NCBI GenBank assembly: GCA_900549995.1 | Contig: URQQ01000021.1 | Span: 1,005 to 65,004 of the forward strand | From: an uncultured Lachnospiraceae bacterium | GTDB lineage: Bacteria; Bacillota; Clostridia; Lachnospirales; Lachnospiraceae | Direction of reading: 5' to 3' | Length of the DNA: 64,000 nt | Part shown: positions 29,096 to 36,779 of the stretch, piece after piece | Numbering within the stretch: the stretch's first letter is position 1 | How the letters are laid out: every line of letters begins with the position of its first letter | The notes under the pieces: generated by a model | Databases searched by the model: none | What the model was told of the DNA's origin: nothing | The model's input: the letters and a program-made list of their open reading frames with translations, nothing else | Program-made: the position numbers and the translations under genes

Positions 29096-29124
29096 ATTGT
29101 AGCACTGCATTCTGACAGCGTCAA
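29096..29124 (-). promoter_or_regulatory. candidate sigma-A promoter of nrdD (-35 TTGACG, 17-nt spacer, -10 TACAAT on minus strand)
   Basis: The reverse complement of 29119-29124 is TTGACG and of 29096-29101 is TACAAT. About 50 nt upstream of the nrdD ATG, which has an AGGAGG RBS. Confidence 0.5.
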
Positions 29125-29133
29125 TACAAAAAA

Positions 29134-29181
29134 CACCTACATATAGTGTTCCTTCAATTGTCAGAAAACTATATATAGGTG
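29134..29181. promoter_or_regulatory. tandem NrdR boxes
   Basis: Box 1 at 29134-29149 is CACCTACATATAGTGT. Box 2 at 29166-29181 is AAACTATATATAGGTG (reverse complement CACCTATATATAGTTT). Both fit the palindromic NrdR-box pattern (acaCwAtATaTwGtgt, from memory). Their centres are 32 bp apart, immediately upstream of the nrdD promoter. Confidence 0.7.
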
Positions 29182-29244
29182 CAAACATTTTCAATCAAAC
29201 GGTTCCATTTTCGGAGGGACTTGCCGTCACCCGTCCCTGAAAAA

Positions 29245-29943
29245 TCAGATTCCACGCAGGATCGCAAGTTTCACATATTGTGTGGCAATTTCCCGCGCCT
29301 CTTCCATCTGAGCCTTTTCATATCCGGATAATCCTTCCCCGATCAGATCTCCTGAATCAACAAATGCCTGAAGACAGTATCTTTTTGCCCCTTTGATCCA
29401 CTGTCCGATCAATTCAAAATCTTTTTTTCTGTGGAATTGTCTGACAACTGTTGTCCGAAATTCATAGTCCACATGATCTTCAAGAAGAAACCGGACGCTT
29501 TCCTCTATCCCTGCCAAATCATAGTCTTTGATCCCTATGGTCCTTCCGTAATTCTCTTTTGAATTTTTGATATCCACTGCCACATAATCCACGAGGCCTT
29601 TTTCCACAATTTCTATCAAACGCGAGGGATCGCTTCCATTAGTATCCAGCTTGATCTGATACCCCAGCTCCTTTATCCTGCTCATAAATTCCAGAATCCC
29701 CGGCCATAAGAGAGGCTCTCCTCCGGTAATACATACCCCATCCAGAATTTTTGTCCGTTTCTTCAGAAATGCTATAATTTCATCCGGTTCTATATCCTCA
29801 TTCAAATCGGTACCTGTCACAAGTGACGCATTGTGGCAGAAAGGGCACCGGAAATTGCACCCTGCTGTAAACACCGTACATGCCACCTTCTCCGGGTAAT
29901 CCAGTAGCGTCAGCTTCTGCAGACCCTGTATCCTTAGTTCCAT
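29245..29943 (-). CDS. nrdG: anaerobic ribonucleotide reductase activating radical-SAM enzyme
   Basis: 'CNFRCPFCHN' radical-SAM cluster motif and 'GVCITGGEPL'. Start at ATG 29943 behind GGAGGAAGAGGA (the track start at 29961 is TTG). Confidence 0.9.
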   Translation of the reverse strand: MELRIQGLQKLTLLDYPEKVACTVFTAGCNFRCPFCHNASLVTGTDLNEDIEPDEIIAFLKKRTKILDGVCITGGEPLLWPGILEFMSRIKELGYQIKLDTNGSDPSRLIEIVEKGLVDYVAVDIKNSKENYGRTIGIKDYDLAGIEESVRFLLEDHVDYEFRTTVVRQFHRKKDFELIGQWIKGAKRYCLQAFVDSGDLIGEGLSGYEKAQMEEAREIATQYVKLAILRGI

Positions 29944-29985
29944 CTTTTCCTCTTCCTCCAAAAACTCCCTGCTGCAGGAAACTCC

Positions 29986-32109
29986 CTACAGCTTCAGCCT
30001 GGCAAATGCATCTGCGAATGCGTTATTGATCGGCTGCTCTGCCTCTTTCTTCTGCTTATTCAGGTACTGGTTTACATCCTTCTTGCTCGCTCCCCCGGTC
30101 TCTTTCTTTTTCCGTTCCTGGAATGAACTGAGCTTTTCTTTATATCCGCAGCTGCAGACAAACTTCTGTGCCTCACCTTTCCCTGTCATTTCCATTTTCT
30201 TATGGCAGACCGGGCAGCGGGCATTTGTTTTTCTGGCAACAGTCTCACGGTAACCACACTCCCGATCCTGGCAGACAAGCATTTTCCCGTGCTTTCCGTT
30301 GACCTCAAGCATATACTTTCCGCACTCCGGACATTTGTGCCTTGTCAGATTGTCGTGTCGAAATTTGCCGTCTGCCGTCTTAATTTCCCGAATCAGTTCC
30401 TGTGTATATTCTGTAATCTCCGCCATAAACTTTCCATCCTGAAGATTCCCCTTCGAAATCTCAGTCAGCTTCTTCTCCCAGTCTGCAGTAAGCTCAGGTT
30501 TCTTCAGATCCTGCGGCACCAGTTCCAGAAGCTGCTTCCCTTTCGAAGTGATCAGAATTTCTTTCCCCTTTTTCTCCATCAGGAAACTGTTGAAAAGTTT
30601 TTCTATGATATCCGCCCTTGTGGCAACGGTTCCAAGTCCTTTCTTCTCCATCTCAGAGATCAGGACACCTTCAGTATACCTGGCCGGAGGTGTGGTCTTT
30701 CCTTCCGTCACATTGATTCTGTCAATGGGGAATTTCTCGCCTTCTCCCATAATGCCGGGCAGACTGCCTTCTGCCAGATCTTCATCCTCTTCTGCCACAG
30801 ATGTCTCATAAGCTTCTTTCCAGCCTTTGTTGATGACCACATTGCCTCTCGCTGCAAATGTCTCCCCATGAATGACCGCGCTGACAGAGGTCTGCTCATA
30901 CTCACATGCCGGATAGAGAACCGCAATGAACCTGCGCACCACCATATCATAAATTTTCCGTTCCTCATTGCTCATATTCTGAAGCTGTACAAACTGTTCT
31001 GTCGGAATGATCGCATGGTGGTCTGTCACCTTGCTGTTATCCACAAATGCTTTCGATCCCTGAATCTTCTTCACCGCAAGGCGCCCTGCGAGCTTGCTGT
31101 AAGGCCCCACGCTGCAGGCCGCAAGACGCTCCTTCAGTGTTGGTACCATGTCCTCCGTCAGATAACGGGAATCTGTTCTTGGATACGTAAGCACCTTATG
31201 GTTCTCATACAGCCGCTGCATGATATTCAAAGTCTCTTTCGCCGAGAAGCCGAATTTTTGATTCGCCTCTCTCTGAAGTTCTGTCAGATCATACAGTGCC
31301 GGCGCGTATGTCTTTTTTGCTTTTTTTGTGACTTTCTCAATCGTAAGCGGTTCCCCGGATATCTCGTTTTTAATCTTCTCAATCCGTTCCCTCTGGAATG
31401 CCCTCGACGAACCGGACTTTTTGTCATTCCACGTAAATGTAATTCCTCCGGCTGTCACTTTCAGTCCATAAAAAGTCTCCGGCTTAAAAGTACGAATCTC
31501 CTCCTCTCTCCCCGCAATCATCGCAAGTGTCGGTGTCTGCACTCTTCCACAGGAAAGCTGTGCATTGTACTTACATGTCAGCGCCCTGGTGGCATTGATT
31601 CCAACCAGCCAGTCTGCTTTCGCTCTGGAGACAGCCGCATGGTACAGATTCTCATAATCTTTTCCTGGTTTTAACGATGCAAATCCATCACGGATTGCCT
31701 TATCTGTGACCGAGGAAATCCAAAGCCTCTTCACCGGCTTTTTGTTATCCGCCTTCTCAAGAATCCACCTGGCAACAAGTTCCCCCTCACGCCCTGCATC
31801 TGTCGCTATGATAATATCGGACACATCTTTCCGGTAAATCTGTTCCTTCACGGCACGGTACTGTTTTGATGTCTGCTTAATCACCGTAAGCTTCCATTCC
31901 TTTGGCATCATCGGAAGTGTCTCCATACTCCACGTCTTATACTGCCCGCCATATCCTTCCGGGTCTTCCAGTGTCACCAGATGCCCAAGCGCCCAGGTGA
32001 CAATATATTCATTTCCTTCTATAAAAGAGGCCGTTTTCTTCTGACATTTCAGAACTCTTGCAATATCTCTGGCAACCGACGGCTTCTCTGCAATTACTAA
32101 ATGTTTCAT
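29986..32109 (-). CDS. topB: DNA topoisomerase III
   Basis: 707 aa. Toprim 'LVIAEKPSVA', active-site Tyr context 'LTYPRTDSRYL', C-terminal Cys4 zinc ribbons ('CPECGKYM...CQDREC', 'CPVCHKKM...CSCG'). Confidence 0.9.
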   Translation of the reverse strand: MKHLVIAEKPSVARDIARVLKCQKKTASFIEGNEYIVTWALGHLVTLEDPEGYGGQYKTWSMETLPMMPKEWKLTVIKQTSKQYRAVKEQIYRKDVSDIIIATDAGREGELVARWILEKADNKKPVKRLWISSVTDKAIRDGFASLKPGKDYENLYHAAVSRAKADWLVGINATRALTCKYNAQLSCGRVQTPTLAMIAGREEEIRTFKPETFYGLKVTAGGITFTWNDKKSGSSRAFQRERIEKIKNEISGEPLTIEKVTKKAKKTYAPALYDLTELQREANQKFGFSAKETLNIMQRLYENHKVLTYPRTDSRYLTEDMVPTLKERLAACSVGPYSKLAGRLAVKKIQGSKAFVDNSKVTDHHAIIPTEQFVQLQNMSNEERKIYDMVVRRFIAVLYPACEYEQTSVSAVIHGETFAARGNVVINKGWKEAYETSVAEEDEDLAEGSLPGIMGEGEKFPIDRINVTEGKTTPPARYTEGVLISEMEKKGLGTVATRADIIEKLFNSFLMEKKGKEILITSKGKQLLELVPQDLKKPELTADWEKKLTEISKGNLQDGKFMAEITEYTQELIREIKTADGKFRHDNLTRHKCPECGKYMLEVNGKHGKMLVCQDRECGYRETVARKTNARCPVCHKKMEMTGKGEAQKFVCSCGYKEKLSSFQERKKKETGGASKKDVNQYLNKQKKEAEQPINNAFADAFARLKL

Positions 32110-32266
32110 CTAATCTATATTTCCTTTCCTTTTTGGCATTTCGTTCATTATAACCCCTATCTTCTTTTTCGTAAAGCAGTGCGCAGTTTCCTCTTTTTCA
32201 ATACCCTCTGATATGGTATAGTATAAAGAGTTATCAATCTACTATTTATATAAGGAGGAAAATTTT

Positions 32267-33586
32267 TTGAACGAAAGAAAAATTATCCAGGTAGAGGACA
32301 AAGTTCCGGTAAAACTTTTAGTTCCTCTGAGTATCCAGCATATGTTTGCCATGTTCGGGGCATCTGTTTTGGTTCCGTTTATCTTCGGAATCAACCCGGC
32401 AATCGTACTGCTGACAAACGGAGTGGGTACACTGTTATTCATCCTGATTACAAAGGGCAAAGCGCCTGCTTATCTTGGCTCCAGCTTTGCATTTCTGGCC
32501 CCTGCCGGAGTTGTCATTGCCAAATGGGGCTATTCTTATGCACTCGGCGGTTTTGTGGCCGTCGGATTCTGCGGCTGTATTCTTGCATTTATCATTCACC
32601 GGTTCGGCACGGACTGGATTGATGTTGTACTTCCGTCTGCAGCTATGGGACCGGTTGTCGCATTGATCGGCCTGGAACTCGCAGGCACCGCGGCATCCAA
32701 TGCAGGAATCCTGGAATCTACTGAGTATACACTGGACAAGGCAACCGGACTTTTTGAACAGACGGTCACAAAGGTAGAGATGAACAACCTGATCGTCTTC
32801 CTGATTACCCTTGGTGTGGCTGTCCTTGGAAATGTACTGTTCCGCAAATTCCTTGCAGTAATCCCGGTACTGATTGCAATCATCTGCGGTTACGTTTCCT
32901 CTATCATCTTTGGTGTGACAGGAATGTCTACAATCCGTGATGCTTTGGCAACACCATTTTTCTCACTCCCGGCGTTCCAGTTTCCGCATTTCAGTATCGA
33001 TGCGATCCTGATCATCCTGCCAGTGCTTCTCGTCATCACCTCAGAGCACATCGGGCATCAGGTAGTCACAAGCGAGATTGTCGGCCGTGACCTGCTGAAA
33101 AATCCAGGCCTTCACCGGTCTTTATTCGCAGATAATTTCTCCACTATGATGTCCGGGCTGATCGGTTCTGTCCCGACAACAACCTATGGTGAGAATATCG
33201 GAGTCATGGCAATGACGAAAGTCTACTCCGTCCGCGTCATCGCAGGCGCTGCCATCCTCTCGATTATCTGCTCCTTCATCGGACCAATGTCTGCCCTGAT
33301 CAACACGATCCCAGGTCCCGTCATCGGCGGAATCTCCTTCCTGCTCTACGGAATGATCGGTACCTCAGGCATCCGCATCCTGGTCGATAAACACGTCGAT
33401 TACAGCAAAAACCGTAACCTGACACTGACCTCCGTCGTATTCGTCACCGGATTATCCAAAGCCACCGTCCGCTTCGGCAACGTAGAATTGACCGGAATGG
33501 TACTCGCCTGCATCGTCGGTATGATCCTCTCCCTTCTGTTCTACATCTTCGATAAACTCAAATGGACCAATGACAGGGGAGTTTGA
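32267..33586 (+). CDS. NCS2-family uracil (uracil/xanthine) permease
   Basis: 439 aa. 'SIQHMFAMFGASVLVP' and 'APAYLGSSFAF' are typical of UraA/PyrP. TTG start 8 nt after GGAGG. Confidence 0.88.
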   Translation: MNERKIIQVEDKVPVKLLVPLSIQHMFAMFGASVLVPFIFGINPAIVLLTNGVGTLLFILITKGKAPAYLGSSFAFLAPAGVVIAKWGYSYALGGFVAVGFCGCILAFIIHRFGTDWIDVVLPSAAMGPVVALIGLELAGTAASNAGILESTEYTLDKATGLFEQTVTKVEMNNLIVFLITLGVAVLGNVLFRKFLAVIPVLIAIICGYVSSIIFGVTGMSTIRDALATPFFSLPAFQFPHFSIDAILIILPVLLVITSEHIGHQVVTSEIVGRDLLKNPGLHRSLFADNFSTMMSGLIGSVPTTTYGENIGVMAMTKVYSVRVIAGAAILSIICSFIGPMSALINTIPGPVIGGISFLLYGMIGTSGIRILVDKHVDYSKNRNLTLTSVVFVTGLSKATVRFGNVELTGMVLACIVGMILSLLFYIFDKLKWTNDRGV

Positions 33587-33595
33587 TATATGGGG

Positions 33596-33788
33596 GACGA
33601 AAGGGCGTGGGGAGCTTTTGGTGGCGGCGCACACGTTCCTCCGAAGCTTCCTGCTCAGATTCCAGGAATGCGAAAAAGCATGTCAGCTGACATGCTTTTT
33701 TGCGTTCGGGGAATCTGATGCAGGCGATCTTCGGATCCACTCTCCGGTGCTTCCCCCGCCCCCAAAAGCTCCCCACGCCCTTTCTGTC
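33596..33788. repeat. 193-bp nested imperfect palindrome (long hairpin) centred on a bidirectional terminator
   Basis: The outer arms (33596-33629 and 33755-33788) are reverse complements with 3 mismatches in 34 nt (GACGAAAGGGCGTGGGGAGCTTTTGG...). The inner arms TCCGAAG..CAGATTCC / GGAATCTG..CTTCGGA also pair. The centre is a perfect 12-bp hairpin. Confidence 0.7.
33673..33700. terminator. bidirectional intrinsic terminator
   Basis: AAAAAGCATGTC-agct-GACATGCTTTTT: perfect 12-bp stem, 4-nt loop, with an A-tract upstream and a T-tract downstream. Confidence 0.8.
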
Positions 33789-33920
33789 TCATCAATCCTC
33801 CCACAGTGTTCAAACCTTCCAGATGTTTCTAAACCATTCTCTCCTCCCGCAGCCACTGCCGCGCTTCCCAAGCCGCGGCCCCCCGGACCGCAACGGCACT
33901 TCTGGCTTAGATAACGTGAG

Positions 33921-33964
33921 TTCGCCGTGGGATTCTTTCCGTGGCGAAAGAATCCCACGGCGAA
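33921..33964 (-). terminator. strong stem-loop just downstream of the dehydrogenase gene (no U-tract)
   Basis: Perfect 19-bp stem TTCGCCGTGGGATTCTTTC / GAAAGAATCCCACGGCGAA with a 6-nt loop, 12 nt after the stop at 33976. No T-run follows on the minus strand, so terminator function is uncertain. Confidence 0.45.
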
Positions 33965-33975
33965 CGTAAGCTTAT

Positions 33976-34923
33976 CTACAGAACCACATTCTTCTGCTCC
34001 CCTGCCATCCAGTCCAAAATATTCTGGAATACGATTTTTGCCCTGGCTTCCATCGATTCTTCTGAGGCAAATGCAACGTGTGGTGTCACGATCGTATTTT
34101 TGCTGTTTAACAATGGATGTGTCGTATCAAGCGGCGGTTCTTTTTCAAATACATCGATTCCGGCACCTGCAAGATATCCGTCATTCAGCGCATCCGCGAG
34201 ATCCTGTGAATTTACAACCGGGCCTCTTGCAGCATTGATCAGATAAGCGCCTTTTTTCATCTTGGCAATTGTCTCTTTATTGATCATATTACGTGAATCG
34301 TCATTGATCGGGCAGTGAAGTGATACAATATCTGACTGCGCAAGCAGCTCATCTAATGTTATGAACTGAATATACGAAGGTTCGTTTCCGTCAACATGAC
34401 GCTTATATCCAAGCACTTTACATCCAAATGCATGGCAGAGCTCTGCTGTTCTTCTTCCAATTGCACCGACACCTACGATACCAACGGTTTTTCCTTTTAA
34501 CTCCGAGCCTACCAGTCCGTCTTTTGTCTGCCCATTTCTGCATCGTTCTTCCACCTGCGGGATATTTCTCAGAAGAGACAGCATCATGCAGAGCGATATC
34601 TCTGCCACTGCATCCGTAGAATATCCGGCTGCGTTGCTGACTTTTACATTCTTCTCTTTTGCCGCTTCAAGATCCACATGGTCTACCCCGGTAAATGCAA
34701 CATCAATATATTTCAGGTTCTCACAGGCACGGATCACTTCTCCAGATAAAGGCATATTGGCAATCATAATCACATCTGCATCTTTTGCACGTTCTATCTG
34801 CACAGATGGATCGGTATCCTTTGGATAAGCAGTAAACTCATGTCCCGCCTCAACAAGAGGTGCTGCACACGCATTCAGTATACTTTCCGGAACTCCCAAT
34901 GATTCTAACAATACAATTTTCAT
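33976..34923 (-). CDS. D-isomer-specific 2-hydroxyacid dehydrogenase family protein (NAD-dependent)
   Basis: Rossmann motif 'GIVGVGAIGRRTA' and catalytic contexts 'INAARGPVV', 'DVFEKEP', 'TPHVAFAS'. Start at ATG 34923 (MKIVLLESLG) behind GAGGA. Substrate not assignable. Confidence 0.85.
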   Translation of the reverse strand: MKIVLLESLGVPESILNACAAPLVEAGHEFTAYPKDTDPSVQIERAKDADVIMIANMPLSGEVIRACENLKYIDVAFTGVDHVDLEAAKEKNVKVSNAAGYSTDAVAEISLCMMLSLLRNIPQVEERCRNGQTKDGLVGSELKGKTVGIVGVGAIGRRTAELCHAFGCKVLGYKRHVDGNEPSYIQFITLDELLAQSDIVSLHCPINDDSRNMINKETIAKMKKGAYLINAARGPVVNSQDLADALNDGYLAGAGIDVFEKEPPLDTTHPLLNSKNTIVTPHVAFASEESMEARAKIVFQNILDWMAGEQKNVVL

Positions 34924-34992
34924 TCTTTTATCCTCAGCTTTCTTCAATTACAGGGTCTGTACTCACATGCAAACAGCCCTTTTATGACCTTC

Positions 34993-35021
34993 ATTATAGA
35001 AAGTTTTCCTGCGAAGCGCAA
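34993..35021 (-). promoter_or_regulatory. candidate sigma-A promoter of the dehydrogenase gene (-35 TTGCGC, 17-nt spacer, -10 TATAAT on minus strand)
   Basis: The reverse complement of 35016-35021 is TTGCGC and of 34993-34998 is TATAAT. Confidence 0.4.
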
Positions 35022-35335
35022 CGGTTTTACATGGATTTATGGATTTCTTTTTCTCATCTGGTTATGTTATAAGCTGCCCGACAAATTTCATTTGCCGGCC
35101 TTGAGCCTACGCATGACTCCGCATTTCATGCTCCCGTCATGCTGAAAACATTCGAAATCCGCCCTGCTCGGGCTGGTTTCTCATGTTTTACGGGTCACAT
35201 AGACATGATTTTACATGTAAACATGAAAATCATGTCCATTTGTCCCTTGGCCCATGTTATGATATTGGGGTAAAAGGTCTTTTGGCCATTGATGCCTGCT
35301 GATAATACCATCCACCAAAAGAAAGGACGATTCCA

Positions 35336-36130
35336 ATGATTGACTTTATAAACGCCAAAAATGCATTTGAAACATACCTGGACGGCTATGACCGGACCAA
35401 TGATAAAATAAATCTCAAAATTGTACATACCTATGGTGTAATGGACGCTTCTTTTGAACTTGCCAGGCGGATGTCTCTTTCACCGGAAGATACAGATCTA
35501 GCCGGAATTATTGCCCTGCTTCACGATATCGGCCGCTTTGAACAGCTGAAACGTTTTGACAGTTTTCAGCCCGATACGATGGATCATGCGGCTTATGGAG
35601 CCGAACTTCTGTTTAAAGAAGGAATGATCCGCCAGTTTGTAGAAGACTCCTCCTTTGATTCCATCATCCGTGATGCGATTTTATATCACAGTATGTATCA
35701 GTTACCCGAACTTAAATCTTCCCAGGCTCTTCTCCACGCAAAACTGATCCGCGATGCTGATAAGCTGGATAACTGCAGGGTTAAACTTCAAGAATCCGTC
35801 GAGACGCTGCTTGGTGCTTCAAAAGAAGAAGTTGGAAAGACTTCCGTCACTTCCAAAGTTGCCGAAACATTTTTCAGAAATGAATGTATTCTTTCCTCAG
35901 ACCGTGTCACAAAAATGGATTACTGGGTTTCCTATATCGCTTATTTTTTTGATATTAATTTCAGCGAAAGCCTGTCCATCATTCAGGAACAGGATTTCGT
36001 CTCCCGGATCATTCACCGGATCCCATACAGTGACCCGGACACAGCCCTTCTCATGTCACAAATGGAACATTATATGAACGAATATGTAAAAAAAGGAGCC
36101 AGAATTCCCAATGAAAATACTTGTAATTGA
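35336..36130 (+). CDS. HD-domain metal-dependent phosphohydrolase, specific function unknown
   Basis: 264 aa. H...HD...D pattern ('IVHTYGV', 'ALLHDIGRFEQ', 'LIRDADKLDN'). Its 3' end overlaps the response-regulator start by 20 nt. Confidence 0.8.
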   Translation: MIDFINAKNAFETYLDGYDRTNDKINLKIVHTYGVMDASFELARRMSLSPEDTDLAGIIALLHDIGRFEQLKRFDSFQPDTMDHAAYGAELLFKEGMIRQFVEDSSFDSIIRDAILYHSMYQLPELKSSQALLHAKLIRDADKLDNCRVKLQESVETLLGASKEEVGKTSVTSKVAETFFRNECILSSDRVTKMDYWVSYIAYFFDINFSESLSIIQEQDFVSRIIHRIPYSDPDTALLMSQMEHYMNEYVKKGARIPNENTCN

Positions 36131-36779
36131 AGATGAAGCCAATATCCGTGAAGAACTCGCTCTTCTTTTAAAAAATGCCTTATATGAAGTGTGTACCGTC
36201 ACTGATTTTTCTGATATCTCCATACAGGTTCTTGACGGTTCGCCTGATCTGATTCTGCTTGACGTCACCTTGCCTGGAACTGACGGATTCTCCGTCTGTA
36301 CCCAGATACGTGCCGTCTCCGATATCCCGATTATCTTTGTCACAGGTCTGTCTGATTCCATGGACGAACTCAACGGAATGTTAAAAGGCGGCGATGATTA
36401 TATTACCAAACCTTACCAGCCTCCCATTCTTCTGGCGCGGATTGCTGCTGTTCTGAAACGCAGCCGCAGAGAGAACACTGATCATTCCATGTCTCTTGAG
36501 TATCGTGGGACCACGCTTGATATTGCCAGAAGTACCATATCTGCCCATGGAAAAACTACAGAACTGACGAAAAATGAACTTCAGATTTTACACTTTTTAT
36601 TTCTCCACAAAAGTGAGATTGTTCCAAGAGCCGATTTAATTGAATACCTCTGGGACAACCAGATTTTTATTGACGACAATACGCTAAGTGTCAACATCAC
36701 AAGGATCAGAAGCAAGCTGAAAGAAATCGGGATCGAAAACCTGATTGAAACCAAACGTGGAATGGGGTACCGTCTATGA
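36111..36779 (+). CDS. OmpR-family response regulator (BceR-like)
   Basis: Receiver 'DLILLDVTLPGTDG' plus a winged-helix C-terminus ('IETKRGMGYRL'). Confidence 0.92.
   Translation: MKILVIEDEANIREELALLLKNALYEVCTVTDFSDISIQVLDGSPDLILLDVTLPGTDGFSVCTQIRAVSDIPIIFVTGLSDSMDELNGMLKGGDDYITKPYQPPILLARIAAVLKRSRRENTDHSMSLEYRGTTLDIARSTISAHGKTTELTKNELQILHFLFLHKSEIVPRADLIEYLWDNQIFIDDNTLSVNITRIRSKLKEIGIENLIETKRGMGYRL

Noticed and set aside
30202-31674. 490-aa ORF on the plus strand, antisense to topB
   Set aside because: It lies entirely inside a well-supported topoisomerase III gene. The translation is a low-complexity Leu/Phe/Cys/Arg-rich string with no motif or RBS, typical of the stop-poor antisense frame of a coding region.
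29986-32109. topB as a marker of an integrative conjugative element
   Set aside because: No integrase, relaxase, T4SS, replication or partition genes, and no flanking repeats, are in the neighbourhood. The flanks are housekeeping genes (nrdDG, uracil permease).
32110-32266. Riboswitch or PyrR attenuator upstream of the uracil permease
   Set aside because: There is no purine-riboswitch core and no PyrR-binding loop (UCCAGAGAGG-like) sequence. The region is short and looks like a plain divergent promoter.
33591-33800. Possibility that the GGGGGACGAAAGGGCG... segment is a known housekeeping RNA (tmRNA, RNase P RNA, SRP RNA, 6S)
   Set aside because: I could not find the diagnostic conserved blocks: the tmRNA tRNA-like 3' end and tag ORF, RNase P GAGGAAAGUCC/ACAGNRA, or the SRP GGAA/AGCA domain IV motifs. 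The segment is a simple nested palindrome.
33570-33969. Four overlapping ORFs of 72-114 aa on both strands in the GC-rich convergent gap
   Set aside because: Their Pro/Gly/Arg/Ser low-complexity translations mirror each other because the DNA is palindromic. There is no RBS. The region is better explained as structured non-coding DNA.
35195-35428. 77-aa minus-strand ORF overlapping the start of the HD-domain gene
   Set aside because: It overlaps a supported gene start, has no RBS, and its sequence is dominated by the CATG-rich palindromic DNA.
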